From positions 21,342-85,341 of the forward strand of contig JAYPQH010000010.1 in NCBI GenBank assembly GCA_038131935.1: DNA of 64,000 nt, in the 5' to 3' direction. Position numbers and translations under genes: made by a program. Position 1 is the first letter of the stretch; every line of letters begins with the position of its first letter. Of the stretch, positions 61,784-64,000 are shown one piece after another. Below the pieces are notes generated by a model. The model ran no database searches and was not told where the DNA came from. It saw only the letters and a program-made list of their open reading frames with translations. This DNA comes from Alphaproteobacteria bacterium. GTDB taxonomy: Bacteria > Pseudomonadota > Alphaproteobacteria > UBA8317.

Positions 61784-63104
61784 ATGGTTCGTGTTCGTTT
61801 TGCGCCCAGTCCTACGGGCTACATTCATATTGGAAATTTACGTACAGCATTATTGAATTGGCTTTTTGCCAAGCAAAATAATGGAACGTTTTTATTGCGG
61901 TTTGATGACACTGATGCAGAACGATCAAAGGCAGAATTCGTTGAGGCGATAAAAGATGACTTAGCTTGGTTAGGCCTCACCTATGATGAGATGGCATTCC
62001 AGTCTCATCGACTTAATCGTTATGATGAAGTGCGTGACCAGCTCATTACGCAAGGTTTATTGTATCCTTGCTATGAAACGTCAGATGAGTTGGAAAAAAA
62101 ACGAAAAGTTCAGCGTGCTCAAGGAAAACCACCAGTCTATGACCGTTCGGCGCTTGCGTTGTCTCAAGAGCAACGTGATATGTATGAGCGCGAGGGGCGC
62201 AAACCGCACTGGCGTTTTCTACTGAGTAATGAAGCCATTCACTTTCATGATCTCATTAGAGGTGATGTCACGTTAGATTCTGGTTCTTTATCGGATCCTG
62301 TGTTGATAAGGGCTGATGGTTCGTATCTCTATACATTGTCATCTGTTGTCGATGACGTGGACTTCGGTATTACTGCCACTTATTATCCGCGGCGATGATC
62401 ATGTTTCAAACTCAGCGGTGCAAATTGAGATTTTTCGAGCACTTCAAGCAGAAGCTCCATCTTTCGCGCACCATTCAATGCTCGTTGATGAACATGGAGT
62501 CCTTTATCAAAAGACTTGGAGGTCTTTCTATCCAAAATCTTCGTGCAGATGGTTATGAACCGGAAGGAGCCATTGCTTACCTATTGGCCCAATTAGGGCA
62601 TGAGCGAACCAGTAGATATCTCAAGATCCAATAGGGCTGACAGAAGAACAACTATCGCGACTTTCAAGCGCGCCGGCACATTATTTGTTTCGGAACTCGA
62701 TGCGATCAATGGAAAAATTCTCCTCGACAACACCTTTTGACTCTGTTGCCGAACGTTGCCTAATGACCTAAGATGCAAGAAGTTTGGCCTATCATTAGAG
62801 ATAATGTGACTTTTTAAAAGATGTTGAAGCATGGTTGTCCTATTTCTATGGAGAACGTGACACGGTCATCTTAGACGAAAATCTTCGTCAAGCTGCCATT
62901 GATTTGCTACCAGAAGGGCCTTTTGATGAACAGACTTGGGCGACATGGACAGGGCTGATAAAGAGCAAAACGGGTTTGAGTGGTAAATCCTTGTTTATGC
63001 CTTTGCGACAAGCGTTGACTGGACAAAGTCGTGGTCCCGAAATGGCGATGCTATTGCCCTTACTTGACCGGGATTTGGTTTTGAAACGTTTTGAGAAAGC
63101 CTGA
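61784..63104 (+). CDS. gltX: Glutamate--tRNA ligase, several indels after 62370
   Basis: [28 protein letters not shown] recoverable near 62503-62520, [11 protein letters not shown]...GPEM. Confidence 0.92.
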
Positions 63105-64000
63105 TGTCTATCTCCTTATACAATAGTCTTTCACGGAATATGGAAGTATTTGTTCCTGCCAATCCAGACGCCGTTAAAATGTATGCTTGTGGGCCTACGG
63201 TTTATGATTTTGCTCATATTGGCAATGCAAGACCAGCAATCACGTTCGATATTTTGTATCGTTTGTTACGTTATACATATGGTTCAGATCATGTTGTTTA
63301 TGTAAGAAACCTGACGGATGTGGATGATAAAATCATTGCCCGATCACAACAGGACAAATTGTCTATAAAAATCTTACGGAAATGACAGCGCAGGCCTATC
63401 AAGAGGATACAAAGGGGTTGGGCTGTTTGCAGCCTACAATGCAGCCTTGCGCAACAGATTATATTGCCGAAATGATTGATATGATTTGTCGTTTGGTTAC
63501 AAAAGAACATGCCTATGTAGCAGATGGACATGTTCTATTCGACGTAACATCATACCCAGAATACGGCCAATTATCAGGCCGGAACCTTGATCAAATGATG
63601 GCAGGTATCCGCATTGAAGTGGCTGATTACAAAAGGCACAATTTAGATTTTGTTCTATGAAACCATCAGCCGAGAACGAACCAGGTTGGGGAGAGTCCAT
63701 TTGGGCGGGGTCGACCAGGTTGGCATATAGAATGCTCTGCGATGATCGAGGCATGTTTGCATGAATCGATTGATATCCATGCGGGAGTCTGGATTTGTTG
63801 TTTCCTCATCATGAAAATGAAATTGCCCAATCATGTTGTGCGCGCGGAGATACCACTTTAGCGAGCACATGGCTGCATAATGGTTTTGTAACGGTCGATG
63901 GGCAAAAAATGTCCAAATCAGCTGGGAATTTTCTGACGATACGCGCTTTGCGTGAGGCACATGCAGGGCGTGCGTTAAGACTGCAAATAGCAATACGTAA
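63104..64000 (+). CDS. cysS: Cysteine--tRNA ligase, partial, several indels
   Basis: [59 protein letters not shown] across frames. Confidence 0.93.

Noticed and set aside
1-64000. CRISPR arrays, tRNA/rRNA genes, IS elements, prophage or defence genes
   Set aside because: Intergenic gaps are short, and none showed repeat-spacer periodicity, cloverleaf motifs or transposase/phage signatures on manual reading.

Overview
Gene-dense chromosomal window from an alphaproteobacterium. It is probably a compact marine genome: many genes overlap or abut, and it carries acuI, plcP-agt and a FutA-type Fe(III) binding protein. Most genes are housekeeping (pyrF, ppa, dcd, ribF, prfC, ccmEFH, glnE, thiOSGEF, dusA, glmUS, rpiA, gor, class II DAHP synthase, nadE, gltX, cysS). 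The main specialised block is a compact thiosulfate-oxidation cluster: soxS divergent from soxV, then soxXYZABCD. It has a one-heme SoxD, and soxR, W, E, F, G and H are absent from the locus. It runs straight into an uncharacterised exported alpha/beta hydrolase and acuI. Other points of interest are a Fur-box/FutA/Fur iron module, a CobT homologue lacking its catalytic motifs, a thi operon with no thiC, thiD or recognisable TPP riboswitch, and a small accessory region at the glmS 3' end that begins with a decayed recombinase-like gene. Two short genes missed by the ORF track were found by hand (ccoS-like, DUF1289). At least 13 genes, some essential, carry 1-nt indels mostly in homopolymers, which are most likely long-read assembly errors. 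No rRNA, tRNA, CRISPR array or intact transposase was seen. All calls come from reading sequence motifs; no database searches were run.
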